64,000 bases of DNA from Chiloscyllium plagiosum (taxonomy: Eukaryota), in assembly GCF_004010195.1 (NCBI RefSeq), contig NC_057719.1, forward strand, positions 84,246,658-84,310,657, written 5' to 3'. This document shows, piece by piece, positions 11,778 through 25,264 of the stretch (position 1 is its first letter; each line of letters starts with the position of its first letter). The notes under the pieces are model-generated. The model saw only the letters and a list, made by a program, of their open reading frames with translations. It made no database searches and was not told the origin of the DNA. Both the position numbers and the translations under genes were made by a program.

Positions 11778-14700
11778 GACCGTAGGAGCAGAAATTAGGC
11801 CATTTAGCCCATCACGTCTGCTCTGCCATTTGATCATGGCTATAGGTTTTTTAAGCCCAATTTCCCACTTTCTCCCCATAACCTTTGATTTCCTTAGCAA
11901 TTAAGAAATTATCTATCTCTGTCATAAAATATATTCAATGGCCTGGTGTCCACAGCCCTCTGTAGCAATGAATTCCACAGATTCACCACTCTCTGGCTAA
12001 AGACGTTTCTCCTTATCTTCGTTCTAAAGGGTCTTCCCTTTACTCTCAGGCTGTGAGCTCGGGTCCTTGTCTCTCCTGCCAATGAATACATCTTACTAAT
12101 GTCCACTCTGCCCAGACCGTACAGTATTCTGTAAGTTTCAGTGAGAACCCCGGTCATCCTTCTAAACTCCTAGTATAATCCCAGAGTCCTCAAACATACC
12201 TGATTTGTTAAGCTTTTCATTCTTGAGATCATTCTTGTGAACCTCATCTGGACCCCCTCCAGGGCCAGTACATCCTTCAATAGTTATGGGGCCCAAATTT
12301 GCTCATAATACTGGTCTGACCAAAGCCTTATAAAGCCTCAGAAGTACATCCCTGCTTTTATATTGTATCCTCTTGAGGTGAATGACAATATTTGTATTTG
12401 CCTTCCTAATTAACGACTCAATCTGCATGTTTACCTTAAAAGCATCCTGGACTAGGACTCCCAAATCCCATTGTACTCCAGATTTCTAAATTTTGTCCAT
12501 ATTTTAAAAATAGTCCCTGCCTCTATTCTTCCCACCAAAATGCATGATCTCACACTTTCCCACATTGTATTTCATCTACCACTTTTTAGCCAACTCTCCT
12601 CACCTGTTTAAATCTTTCTGCAGCCTCCCTGCCTCCTCAATACTACCTCCCCCTCCACCTATGTTTGTATCATCTGCAAATTTAGCCAGAATGCCCTCAA
12701 TTCCTTCAACCAGATCATTAATGTATAAAGTGAAAAGTTGTGATTCCCAACATTGACCCTTGTGGAATACCACTCGTCACCGGCTTCCATCCTAAGAAGG
12801 ACCCTTTTATCCCCACTCTCTGCCTTTTTGCCAGACAGCCAATCTTCAATCCATGCTAGTAAGTTGCCTCTGACACTATGGGCCTTTATCTTACTCAGCA
12901 GCCTTCTGTGTGGAACCTTAACAGATAGGTCCAGATAGAGAACATCCATTGGCTCTCCTTGGTCTAACCTACTAGTTACCTCCTCAAAGAACTCTAACAG
13001 ATTTGTAAAGCATGACCTCCCCCGATGAAACCCCGATGCTGACTTTGCCCTATCTTGCTGTGCACTTGCAAGTATTCAGAAATCTCATCCTTCAGAATGG
13101 ACTCCAAAATCTTACCAATGGCAGGTCAGGCTAATCGGCCTGTAATTTCCCGTCTTTTGCCTTCCTCCCTTCTGAAACAATTTTCCAGTCCTCTGGGACC
13201 CGCCCTGACTTCATTGATACCAGGAAGATCACTACTAAAGACTCCTCTATTCCTTTTCAGCTATCTCCTTTAGAGCTCCAGACTAGCCCATCTGATCCAG
13301 GTGGTATGTCCACGTTCAGACCTTTCAGTTTTTCTTGCACCTTCTCCTGGGTGATAACCACCATAGTCATTTCTGGCCTCCAACTCTCTTGAATTTTTAG
13401 AATATTAGTCGTGTCTTCCACCATGAAGACTGATGCAAAGTACTCATTCAATTCCTCAGCCATTTCTTTGTTCCCCTTTACCATTTCTCCAGCATCATTT
13501 TCCACTGTCCAATATCCACTTTTACCTCTCTTTTGCCATTTATATTGTTATGAAGTTGAAAGCACGTACTGTACCTTTAAGAGAGAGTGAATACTGTTCT
13601 GTAGTGAAAGCTTATAAACACCTGTCATATAATTAACTAGCAGTCCCAGAGTGTACTGGAAATTTTTTTAAAAATGTAATATTTGGCTGTGAAGTAGATG
13701 CCTGAGTTGTATTTTGGTTAAATACAAATTGTTTTGACAACAATTTGTATTTAACCAATCACTTTAAATTATGCCACAGGATACTAAAACTCAATCGAGT
13801 TTGAATTTATTGTTTTTGCCATCATTGAACAAATGACACGATCCGATGTTGGGGGCATAAAACAAAGGCATTTTGAAAGTAACTGAGTAACTGCCATCGA
13901 CAGTGTAACTGCCATCAAGAGAAACAGTCCCAAAAGATTGGAATACTCTCTATGAAAGGTATGCTTTCATACAAGACATCTTCACAGTAAAAAGAAAGAA
14001 GACAACCCAGGGAGATCTTCAGTCGGAAGAAGACAGACACTGCAGACCTCAGCCGCTGTATGGTTTTGAAATTAAGTTGATGTAATTTTAGTAAGGGTTT
14101 TATTGGAACAGTATATTGTTATAGAGTTGGAGGCAGGTAATAAGCAGTTAAGAGAAAGGGAGGCTTAGAGTTGTGAATAGTTGCTTAATATTCACTTTTG
14201 GAGTTAAAGAATAAATTGAGATTATTTTCTTTAAATAGTGGAATTTGCGAGTTCTCTGTCCCCCATATATTTTAACAGATTACAAGGTGAGGTGAGCTTT
14301 TCTGGGTGTTTGGTTTAATTAACAGAGGAGTTCACTGCCATGTCCTAACAATATACCTAAAGAAACTCTTGCAATCTTCTCTAATATTACTAGCTAGTTT
14401 CCTTATTTCTTTCTTCATTGTCCTCTGTTGGTCTTCGAAGGCTTCCCAGTCCTCTGACTTCCAAATGCCCTTCATCACATTATCTATTTTGCTTTTATAC
14501 TGCCCGTGACTTCCCTGGTGAGCCATGGTTGGCTCATCTCACTTTGATATGCTTCTTTTTCTACTGGATGAATTTTTGCTGCATCTGCTGAATTACTCCC
14601 TGAAACTCCTGCCATTGATGTTCTATTGTCTTTCCGGCTTGGTTCCTCTCCCAGTCAGTTTTGGTCAGCTCCTCCCTCATGCCTCTGTACTTGTCTTTAT

Positions 14701-15660
14701 TCAACTGCAATACAGTTACATTTGATTCCACGTCCTCCCTCTCAAATTGCAGAATAAATTCTATCATATTGTGGTCACTGCCTCCTAAGTGTTCCTTCAC
14801 CTTAAGCACCCTTATCAAGTCTACCTCATTGTCCAATAGTAAATCCAGTATTGCCTGTTCCCTAGAGAGCTCCACCACAAGCTGCTCCAAAAAGCCATCT
14901 AGTAGACATTTCACAAATTCCTTTTCTTGCATTCCACTACAAACTTGATTTACCCAGTCCACCTGCATATTGAAATCCCCCATGGTCACTGTAAACTTGC
15001 CTTTCTTACAAGCCTTTTCTATCTCTTGGTATATCTTTTTCTCCAATCCTGACTACTGTTTGGAAGCCTGTAGATAACTCCCATTTCTTTTTAGCTTTGC
15101 GGTTCCTCAACTCTACCCACACCATGTGACCCTATTTCATTTATTGCTATTGATTTAATTTCATATTTTTAATAACAAGCAACTCCACCCCTTCTGCCCA
15201 CCTGTCTGTCTTTTTGATGGGACATATATCTTTGGATAATTAGTTCCCAATCCAATTCCCCTTGTAGCCACGTCTCCGTGATGCCCACCACATTATACCT
15301 GCCAATTTTGATCTGCGCCACCAGCTCATTTACCTTATTCCTTATACTGCACGCATTCAGATACCAAATACTTCAGTCCTGTATTGACCATCCCTCTTCT
15401 CATTGTTATTCGTTTATCCAGTATATTTTAAGTTTGACTCCTTACCTTTTCCAAACATTGTGTCCCATTTTGTGTGCTGGACACTTTAATGACCTTTCCT
15501 GAGTTCTCCTTTCTTTTCATGCTTTTCATATTGTTCAATGCAGAATCCACTCCCATAGGTGCTAACTTGAAGTTTTGCTTCCTATTGGTTATTATACTTC
15601 TTGGAGTTTTATCATTCCTGCCCCCCCGACTTCCTAATTTAAAGTCCTGTTGACCACTCT
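11778..15660 (-). mobile_element. CR1 (HER1-like) LINE, interrupted by a solo LTR
   Basis: APE segment TMGDFNMQVDW...AILDLLL...LGGSDHNMIEF; RT segments DVLYLD...KVPHRRLLSKI; tail segment RRNVFSQRVVNLWNSL. Confidence 0.88.
13546..14350 (+). mobile_element. Solo LTR related to the neighbouring Gypsy LTRs
   Basis: Starts TGTTA, ends TAACA, with a 4-bp TSD ATAT (13542-13545 / 14351-14354). Its 5' end (TGTTATGAAG...TGTACCTTTAAGAGA) matches the reverse complement of 17491-17535. Confidence 0.9.
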
Positions 15661-16822
15661 ATCCACCCTTTTTGCTAGAATACTGTTTTGCTAGAACATT
15701 GAACATTATTTCAATGGAAGAGTCCTAACAGGTAAAGCAGATGAGCTTAGGGCTTGATTAGGAACATGGGATTGGGATATCATAGCAATTACAGAGATGT
15801 GACTCAGGGATGGACATGACTGGCAGCTTAATGTCCCAGGGTTAGATGCTATAGGAAGGGAAGGGGCAGGAGGAGGGACAAAAGCATTTTTGATAGGGAT
15901 AACATTATGGCTGTAGTTAGGGAGGATATTCCTGAGAGTATGTCCAGAGAAGTTGTTGGTGTAGAACTGAGAAATAAGAAAGTGATGATCACCTTAATGG
16001 GATTGTACGATAAACTCCCTAATAGTCAGTGGGAAATTGAGAAGAAAATTTATAAGGAGCTCTCAGTTATTTGTAAGAATAATAGGGTGTAACTTTCTAA
16101 ACATAGACTGGGACTGCCAAAGTGTTAAAGGCTTGGATGGAGAGGAATTTGTTAAGAAAATTTTCTGGTTCAGTATGTGGATGTACCTACTAGAGAAGGT
16201 GCAAAATGTGACCTGCTCTTGGGAAATAAGGCAGGGCAGGTGACTGAGGTGTCAGTGGGGGAGCACTTTGGGGCCAGTGATCACAATTCTATTAGTTTTA
16301 AAATAGTGATGGAAAAGGATAGATCGGATCTAAAAAACTGGAAGAAGGCCAATTTTGACAGTATTAGATGCGGTAGATGTCCGCAGGTAAAGGGACGGCT
16401 GGAAAATGGGGAGCCTTCAAAAATGATTAACGAGAGTCTGGAGATAGTATGTTCCTGTTAGGGTGAAGGGCACGCTGGTAGGTGTAGGGAATGCTGGATG
16501 ACTAAAGAAATTGAGGTTTTCGTCAAGAAAAAGAAGGAAGCAAATGCCAGGTATCGAGTGAATCCTTAGGAAAGTATAAAGGCAGTAGGAGTACACTTAA
16601 GAGAAGAATCAGGAGGGCTAAAAGAGGATGTGAGATAGCTTTGGCAAGTAGGGTTAAGGAGAATACAAAGGGATTTTATAAATACATTAAGGACAAAAGG
16701 GTAACTAAGCAGAAAATAGGGCCCATTAAAGATCAACAAGGCCACCGATGTGTGGAACTGCAGGAAATGGGGGAACTGCTAAACATGTTTTTTGCATCAG
16801 TGTTTACTGTGGAGAAGGATAT

Positions 16823-17535
16823 TGTTATGACACGGGGGGTAAACCTTTCTGCTAATTTAACCAGACACACAGAAAAGCTCACCTTGTCTCGTAATCTGTT
16901 AAAGTATCAGTAACAAAGAACTACCAAATCCCACTATTTAAAGAAAAAAATAACAGTTTATTCTTTAACTTCAAGTTTCAAAAAGTAAACAACAACTATC
17001 TCCGCTGTAAATCTCCTTTGATCAATTTATCTATCTCCCACTTTACAACAATATAGTGATCCGAAAAGAAAAACCCCAATTAAGTTTTACAAAACTTCAA
17101 ATTTCAAAACCAGTCAGCTGTGTTGATTCTGCAGTATCTTTCTGTATTCGGTCTTCTACTTCACAAATTTCATATGAAAAGGTACCTTTTAGAGAGCAAT
17201 TCTGCGGGCGCAGTCTGTTGGTGCTCTTTGCCGCTCTGGCTAACTGTTCAAAACACCCAATTTGTATACCCCAAAACATTGGATCGTCTCATTGGTTTGA
17301 TGTCATCAAAGCATAAAAATTCAAATGCAATTGGATTTTGGTATCTTGGGGCATAATTTAAGCTGATTGGCCGAATTCGAATTTGTTGTGTACCATTGCA
17401 ACTCGGCATCAGCTATTTGTTTCACAGCCAGATGTTACATTTTTAAATTGTTCAGCACACCATGTGCTTGCAATCAGTCCTTGCCAGCTTCCACTGTCTC
17501 TTAAAGGTACAATATACACCTACACCTTCATAACA
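16823..17535 (-). repeat. 3' LTR of the outer Gypsy element
   Basis: TGTTA...TAACA; homologous to 24570-25264; abuts a polypurine tract. Confidence 0.9.
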
Positions 17536-17546
17536 CCTCCCCTCTT
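17536..17546 (-). other. Polypurine tract (PPT)
   Basis: Minus strand AAGAGGGGAGG immediately before the 3' LTR. Confidence 0.85.
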
Positions 17547-19262
17547 AAGAAAAAAAACCATCATACTGAAAAAATGGCTTCATTTTTTCTATTCCTAACC
17601 ACATTACCATGACATATATATGACTTTAATCTAAGTTCATATTAACTTCTTCCCAAATATATTTATAAAACATTGAATAGATACTAATCTCATCTATACT
17701 TTATCAGTTAAATCTGCAATAGCGCATCTGCTATTACATTCTGATGACCTGCAAGATGATTAATTTGTAAACTAAAAATGTTTAACATAAGATTCCAAAA
17801 AAAGTCTTATATTCTTGTCTTTAAAGTGTTCTGAGAATGTAAGAGGACTATGATCTGTGCACACAACCATCTCTGACACATTGTTCGTGGTATAAACATT
17901 AAAATATTGTAAGGCCAAAAACAAACTCAGTAGTTCTTTTTCGATGCTTTTCTCTGGTGGGTGTAGAATTTCTTTAAAAAGTAAGCAACTGGCAGTTTAA
18001 CTCCATCATCATTGTTACAACACAAGATAACCCCCCCGCCACCCCCAGCTAATTTAAACCAGCAACACAGAAAAGATTGACCCTGTGCGGTAATCTGTGA
18101 AAACTCAAGAGGCAAAGAACTATCACAAAAGTCACTATTTTAAAATAAAAGTTAACAACTTTATTTTTTTAAATCTAACAGAGAATAATTAACTAACAAT
18201 TATTTACAACTCCTTTCTCTAATCTATCTTTTACTATAGAATCCGCTGAGTCCTAAGAATCGAAGCACCTCTTTCTTCGAGGTTGGTCATGGAAATTCCT
18301 CGATGACCTTCATCTTTGTGTTCCATGGGATCAACCTTCATAACCGATGTAATGTTCCAAGAACGTCACCTCTGCTTTTGTGAATTCAGTTTTGTTTAAG
18401 TTTATCACCAGTTTTGCTTCACGTAGTTGTTCAAAGAGCTCTGCCAACTGTACCATGTGATCTTTCCACGACTTACTAAAGATCACTACATCATCTAAAT
18501 ACACTGCACAGTTTGTTAACCCAGCCACAACTCTGTTCATGAGCCTTTGGAATGTGGCGGGTGCGGTCTTCATTCCAAAGGGCATAACTTTAAATTGATA
18601 GAACCCATTTGGGATTACAGATGCAGACATTTCTTTTGCCATCTCTGATAAATGTCCCTGCCAGTAACCATGCAGTAAGTCCAACTTGGTGATGTAACTG
18701 GCTTGTCCGACTTTGCCGATACAGTCATCCAAAGTAGGAATTGGAGAGGAGTCCAATTTTGTAACAGCATTGACCTTCCAATAATCCATGCAGAATTGTT
18801 AAGTCCTGCCCATTTTCAGAACTAAGATGATCAGTGAACTCCACTCGCGCTGGTTTGGTTCGATGATATCCTCGTTGAGAATGGCCTCCACCTCTATCTG
18901 AACCTGTCTAGCTTTGAAACAATTAAGCCAATAGGGGTGTTGTTTTATCGGAACAGTATTCCCTACGTCTACTTCATGTACATTAGCATTAATCCTCCCC
19001 ATCTGATTCTTACATATGTCCATATACTGCAGAAACAAATCTTTCAACTGCGTTCTCTGCTCATGAGACAGATAGTTTAGTAACCTGTCCCACTCCTCAA
19101 GACTTCTCCATTTTTAATCTATTTTGAGGCACATCAGAATCCACATCATCTGGATTTAATTCCTCACTCTGCGGGGCAGTAACTAACACCTATTTCACTA
19201 GTTCTTTCTCTCTAATATAATACGGTTACAATATGTTCGCATGACATACCTGATACTATTTT

Positions 19263-19341
19263 TCTCATGCCCGAAATGTCGATTCTCCTGCTCCTTGGAT
19301 GCTGCCTGACCTGCTGCGCTTTTCCAGCAACACATTTTCAG
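19263..19341 (+). mobile_element. Short Penelope terminal-repeat insert in the inner Gypsy element
   Basis: CTCATGCCCGAAATGTCGATTCTCCTGCTCC...CCAGCAACACATTTTCAG. Confidence 0.8.
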
Positions 19342-21441
19342 ATCTTTACTAGATAGTTCACCTGACTCAACTTTTTCTCAATTTGATAGGGACCACTAAA
19401 CCTAGCTTTGAAGGGATCTCCTATCACTGGTAACAGTACAAACATGTCATTCCCTCAGGAAAACGTCTGAATGTAAGTGCTTTCATCAGCCGCCTGCATC
19501 ATTCTATACTGTGCCCTCTTTAGGTACTGTTGAGCTAACTCACCTATTCAATTTAATCTCTCCCTCACCTCCTATACATAATCTAAGTGTGAGATCTCTG
19601 ACTTTGGTCCTATCAATTTTTCTTTAATTCCAAAGGGCCTCTCACTTCATGCCCGAATATTAACGTGAAGGGAGTGAACTAAGTAGATCCATTTGGGGCA
19701 TCTCTAAGGCAAATAATATGGGATACCTTTATCCCAATCATTCAGGTAATCCTGACAGTATTCTGTCAACATGGTCTTCAAGATCTGATATCACCTTTCT
19801 AAAGCTCCCTGGAATTCAGGATGATATGCATTGGCTTTAAAGAGCTGTATACCTAAGCTATCCATAACCACCTTAAGGACTGGTTAGGTCCTGTACCTCT
19901 CAAAATTATAACTTCTTGTCCTTCTCCCCTTGTTCTTTCTGAGTAAACTTTACCCACAGAAGTGAATTATTTGTGGAGATCAGGTACTAACTCCATACCC
20001 AGACCCTGTCTAGGCTGTGCACTCTCCTGAAGCTCCTCAGCTCTTCTTGGGGTCTCCTTTACTACTTTCACTGATGCTACTGGCTTAGCTTCTTTTACCA
20101 CATCTTTTCCCACAGTGTCTTCCTTTAATGACCAGCACTGTGTCTTTCTAGCAGTGAAAACACCTTTTCCCAGGGCCCTTCTGAAACCACCAGCATTGTA
20201 ATTTTCTGTGTCCCACTCCATTACAGTGAAAACACCTGAGGCCTTTCGCCTCTTGTCCACCCTCTTGGGCTTCTTTAACCCATGATAAAATCTTATCAGT
20301 GTCCTCTACTCTTGGTTTCAAAGTGTAGGATCTCCCCTTCTCCCAACTTCTAGGATGAAATTCTGGCCGAAAACTTGTCTAATGCACTGACATGTATTAA
20401 TCATCTGCTCGTTCTGCTACCCTTCTCAAGTCCTGAACTTTCTGTTCCTCCACGTGAAACTCCTCCAGTTGAATAATCTCTCTTAGAGTCTCAATAGTCC
20501 TATCTATTTTTAAAGCACACGGTCATCTATCAAAATGACTATGTTTAATTCTTTCAAACTCAACACAAGTCTGACTTGGTTCCTTCTTTAAGTTTCTGAA
20601 CCACAGTCTATATGCTTCTGGTACCAATTCATAAGCACTTAAAATAGCCAGTTTAACTTCTTCGTAATCTTGTGGTTCCTCATCTGACAGCGCTGCAAAT
20701 ACCTCACTAGCTCTGCCTACCAGTTTAGTCTGAACTAGCATTGCCCGTAAATCCTCGCACCACTGCCTAGCCAATTTTTCAAATGAAATAAAGAAGGCTT
20801 CAACATCATTCTCAAAATGTGGCAGAGTTTTGACATATTTGTATATATCACTATCTTTTAATCTCCATCTTGTTAACTTGACTTTGTTGACTAATTCGCA
20901 ACTTCTCAAGTTCAAATTCTCTCTCATTTTGCTCAGCTCAGAACTTTCTCTCTTTTTCCTCTCTCTCCCTTTCTTCTCTCTCTCTCTCTCTTTGCTCAAG
21001 TAAGAACCTTTTCTCTCTCTCTCTTTGTTTCACTTCTAACTCCATTTTCCTCAATTATAATTTAAGTTTTTTACCTCCACTGCATTTGTCTGTTTCTCTG
21101 ACACACCTAAATGTTTGAGTAATTCCCTTACAATTGCAGCTTTACTTTTGTCCTTGGTTAAATCCAAATCTAATTTCTTTGCTAGTCCTAAAAGTATGGC
21201 CTTTTTCTTTCCTTCTAAGCTTTCTGGGAAAATGTGAGAATCATCTTTAAATCCCAGAACCTCTTTAGCAATTTTAAGAGCCATTTCTCTCACTTTTAAT
21301 TTAATCAACCACGAGTTACCAAAATTAAACAAATTGTCTCACCCACGTTTTATTTAAAGTTCTAGGACACTAACTGGCAAGTGCTTAAATCTGCTGGGAT
21401 TTTTTTCACACCCCCAAATCTATTCAAATCTGTCTAAACCA

Positions 21442-21465
21442 GTTCAAATCCCGTACAAGCCCCCA
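21442..21465 (-). other. tRNA-Pro primer-binding site (inner element); a decayed copy lies at 24541-24566
   Basis: Plus strand GTTCAAATCCCGTACAAGCCCCCA versus the tRNA-Pro 3' end GTTCAAATCCCGGACGAGCCCCCA (22/24), 3 nt from the LTR. Confidence 0.85.
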
Positions 21466-22660
21466 AAATGTTACAACATGGGGTAACCCCCCCCCCCAGT
21501 AATTTAAACCAGCAATGCAGAAAAGATTTACCCCACATAGCAATCTGTGAAAACATGAGAGGCAAAGATCTATCCCAAAAGTCACGATTTTAAAGTAAAA
21601 ATTAACTGTGTTTTTAAAGTCTAACAGAGAATAATTAATTAACAATTATTTACAACTCCTTTCCCTAACCTATCTTGTACCACCCCCTCTACAATACTAG
21701 TCCGATCAAGCCCCCGATTAAGATTTACCAAAGAATTCAAAATTCAAAACCAGCCAACTGTTGAATCTTTTTTTTGTATCTTCCTCTGTCTTCTTTTCAT
21801 CTTCTTAGGGATTTCTGTTCCACAGGTCATTGATAGATAAAGGTGCCTTGGTGAGAGCTATTCTACAGGCAGTCTGCAGATGTTGGTGGCTTGGCAGTTC
21901 TCCTCCAACTGTTCAATTTTCCCCGGTCTTATACCCTAAAGCATCAGATCGTTTCATTCATTTTTAATATTGTCAATATTCTAAATTCAAATTTGATTGG
22001 AGGTTGGTATTTTGGGGTATAATTTAAACTGACTGTCTCAACCGAATTTGAATTTGTTTTCATTTCTGGGCAACCCAGGCAGTGTTGGCTGTTCTGAACC
22101 AAAAGTTACATTTTACATTCTCCTGCACTCTATATGCTTCTCTAAGTTCTTGCTAGCTTTCAACTTTCTTAAATGTACAGTACCCCTTACACCTTCATAA
22201 CATCACCTTCCTGTAGCAGTACAGCTCTCGCTTCTATGTCACAAGTATTGATTGCAAATTTGAAGAGTTTCAAAAAGTTTGGTGTAGCTAAAACTGGTGC
22301 AGTGGTTAATATTGCTTTTAAATTGGCAAATGCCGAATGTTTGTGTTCTTCTTCAGCAAATCTGTTAACGGGCCACTACGCTGCTGAAGTTTGGGAACAG
22401 ACTTCTGATAGAATCTGCTTAGTCCCAAAGATCAAAGCACCTCTTTTTTTGAGATTGGTCATAGAAATTCCTCAATGGTCTTATTCTTTGCGTTCCTTGG
22501 GGTCAACTTTTGTCACCTCTGCTTTCGCAAATTCAGTTTTGTTTATTACCAGTTTTGCTTCTCTTAATCAGTCAAAGAGCATTGCCAACTGTACCATGTG
22601 ATCTTCCCAGGACACACTAAAGATCACTACATCGTCCAAATAGACTGCATGGTTTGTTAA

Positions 22661-22976
22661 GAATTAAAATTAGAATCCCTACATTGTGGAAACAGGCCCT
22701 TCAGCACAACAAGTCCACACCGAAGAGTAACCCACTTAGACCCACTCCCTACGCCATATTTGCCCCTGCATGTAACCTACACATCCCTGAACACTATGGA
22801 TAATTTAGCACAGCCAATTCACCTAACCTGCACATCTTTGGATTGCGGGAGGAAACCCACGCAGACAGAGGGAGAATGTGCAAACTCCACACAGACATTC
22901 GCCCGTGGCTGGAATCGAACCCTGGTTCCTGGCGCTTTGAGGCTGCAGTGCTAACAATTGAGCCACCTTGCCACCC
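22661..22976 (-). mobile_element. HE1-type V-SINE (tRNA-derived)
   Basis: A/B-box head (GGTGGCTCAATTGTTAGC...GGTTCGATTCC), V-domain GTGTGGAGTTTGCACATTCTCC and CR1-like tail. Confidence 0.88.
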
Positions 22977-24569
22977 TAACTCAGCCACAACTCTGTTTAT
23001 GTGTTTTTGCAATGTGATGGGTGCATTCTTCATTCCAAAGGGCATCACTTTGAATTAATATAGCCCATTTGGGGTTACAAATGCAGAGATTCTTTTGCCG
23101 TCTCTGTTAAAAGTACCTGCAATAACCACGCAGTAAGTCCAACTTTGTGATGTAACTGGCTTGTGCAACTTTCTCGATTAAGTCCTCTAATCTCAGTATT
23201 GGGTATGAGTCCGATTTCATTATGGCATTGACCTTCCGATAATCCACGCAAAATTGTTAAGTCCCATCAGGTTTGGGAACTAAGATGATCGGCGAACTCC
23301 ATTCGCTCTGACTCAGTTTGATGATATCTTCGTTGAGCATGGCCTCCACTTCTTTCTGGACCTTTGAAAGTATTAAGCTGATAGGGGTGTTGTTTTATCA
23401 GAAAAGCATTCCCTACGTCTACCTCATGGACAATAGCATTAGTCCTCCCCATCTTATTCCTGCATATGTCCTTATACTGCTTTCAACTGTGTTCTTTGCT
23501 CCTGAGACAGATAGTTCACTAACCTATCCCACTCTTCAAGGACTTCCTCATTGTTTAAATTATTTTGAGGCACATCAAATGCCACAACATCTAGATTTGA
23601 CTCCTCATTCTGAAGGGCAGTAACCAACACCTATTTCTCCAGTTCTTTCAGATAATAACCCTCAGGAATATCCTCAGCCCCCTTTATGGAGTACGCATCA
23701 ACATCTCTTGACCCCTCATCTGACAGTGCTGCAAGTACCTCACTAGCTCTGCCTATCAGTTTAGTCTGAACCACAAGCATTACCCACAAGTCCTCGGACC
23801 ACTCATATGCCTAGCCAATTTTTCAAATGAAATAGAGAAGGCGTCAACATCTTTCTCATCATAATGTGGCAGAGTTTTGACATATTTGTATATATCACTG
23901 CCTGCTCTTTTAATTTTCATAATGTTAACTTGACTTTGCTGACTAATTCGCAATTTTTCAAGTTCAAATTCTCTCTCTCTCTCTCTCATTGCTCAGCGAA
24001 GTGCCTTCACTCTCTTTTTCTTCTCTCTCTCTTTGCTCAACTAAGAACCTTCTCTCTCTTTTTCCTCTCTCTCTCATTCTCTCTTTTTCTCTCCCTCTTT
24101 CTTTCCACACTCTCTTTGTTTATCTTCTAATTCCATTTTCCTCAGTTGTAATTTTAAGTTTTTTCTAACTCTACTGCACTTGTCTGTTTCTTTGACACAC
24201 CTAGGTGTTTGAGTAATTCCCTTACAATTTCAGTTGTACTTTTGCCCTTCATTTAAACCCAATTATAACCTTTGCTAATTCTAAAAGTAAGCTCTTTTTC
24301 TTTCTATATAAACTTTCTTGGCAAATTTGGGAATCATCTTCAAATCTTAGCAATTTTAAGAGCCATTTCTCTCACTATTAATTTACCAACTACAAGTCAC
24401 TGAAATTAAACAAGTTGTCTTACCTACATTTTATTTAAAGAGCTAGGACACTAACTGGCAAGTGTATAAATGTACTGGGCTTTCTCGTACCACAAATCTG
24501 TTCAAATCTGTCCAAATCTCAGACTGGATCAGTCTAAACGGTTCAAGTCACGGGCATAAGCCCCCAAAC

Positions 24570-25264
24570 TGTTACAACACAGGGTAAACCCTTCTAATTT
24601 AAACCAAAATGCAGGAACGCTCACCTCATCTCGCAATCTGTTAAAGTATGAGTTACAAAGAACTACCAAATCCTACTATTTCAAGAAAAAATTAACAATT
24701 TATTCTTTAACTCCAAGAAAAAAACATTAAACAACTATCTACACTGTAAACCTCCTTTGTCTGATCAATTTACCTATCTCCCACTCTGCAACAATATACT
24801 GATCCGATAAAACTCCTGATTAAGTTTTACAAAAATTCAGATTTCAAAACCAGTCAGCTGTGTTGACTCTGCAGTATTTTTCTATCTTCTTTTCTTCGGT
24901 CTTCTGCTTCACAGATTTCAGAGAGCAATTCTATGGGCACAGTCTGTTGGTGCTGTTTGCCGCTCTGGCTAACTGTTCAAAATACCCAATTTTTATACCC
25001 CAAAACATCAGATCATCTCATTGGTTTGATGTCATCAAAACATTAAAATTCAAATTCGAATGGATTTTGGTATCTTGGGGCATAATTTAAGATGACTGGC
25101 TGAATTCAAATTTGTTGTGTACCTTGGCAGCTCAGCTCCAGCTATTTGTTTCACCGCCAAATGTTACATTTTTAAATTGTTCAGCACACCCTGTGCTTGC
25201 AGTCAGTCCTTGCCAGCTTTCACTCGCTCTTAAAGGTATAGTACACAACAATACCTTCAGAACA
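24570..25264 (-). repeat. 5' LTR of the outer Gypsy element
   Basis: TGTTA...GAACA; homologous to 16823-17535; adjacent to the primer-binding site. Confidence 0.9.

Larger units (their letters stand above)
18013..22202 (-). mobile_element. Inner Gmr1-type Gypsy element inserted into the RNase H region of the outer one
   Basis: 5' LTR 21469-22202; truncated 3' LTR 18013-~18235; flanks TCAT/TCAC. gag from ATG 21284 (DVEAFFISFEKLA...YELVPEAYRLWFR). Protease-site remnant IILRGTG ~19890-19910. Integrase ~19350-19870. RT with YLDD at 18331-19047. Confidence 0.88.
16823..25264 (-). mobile_element. Outer Gypsy/Ty3 (Gmr1-type) LTR retrotransposon, internally deleted
   Basis: TG...CA ends with TSD ATAT (16819-16822 / 25265-25268). 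LTRs at 16823-17535 and 24570-25264. gag ATG at 24366. RT/RH at 22203-23480 and RH at ~17690-18012. Confidence 0.9.

Noticed and set aside
20940..21025. (CT)n microsatellites (also 23970-24115) as independent repeats
   Set aside because: They encode the E/R/K-rich stretch of the Gypsy gag on the minus strand.
21442..21465. tRNA gene (also tRNA-like heads at 22976, 43703, 48462, 50811)
   Set aside because: Only a 3' fragment next to an LTR (a PBS) or SINE heads; no full cloverleaf.
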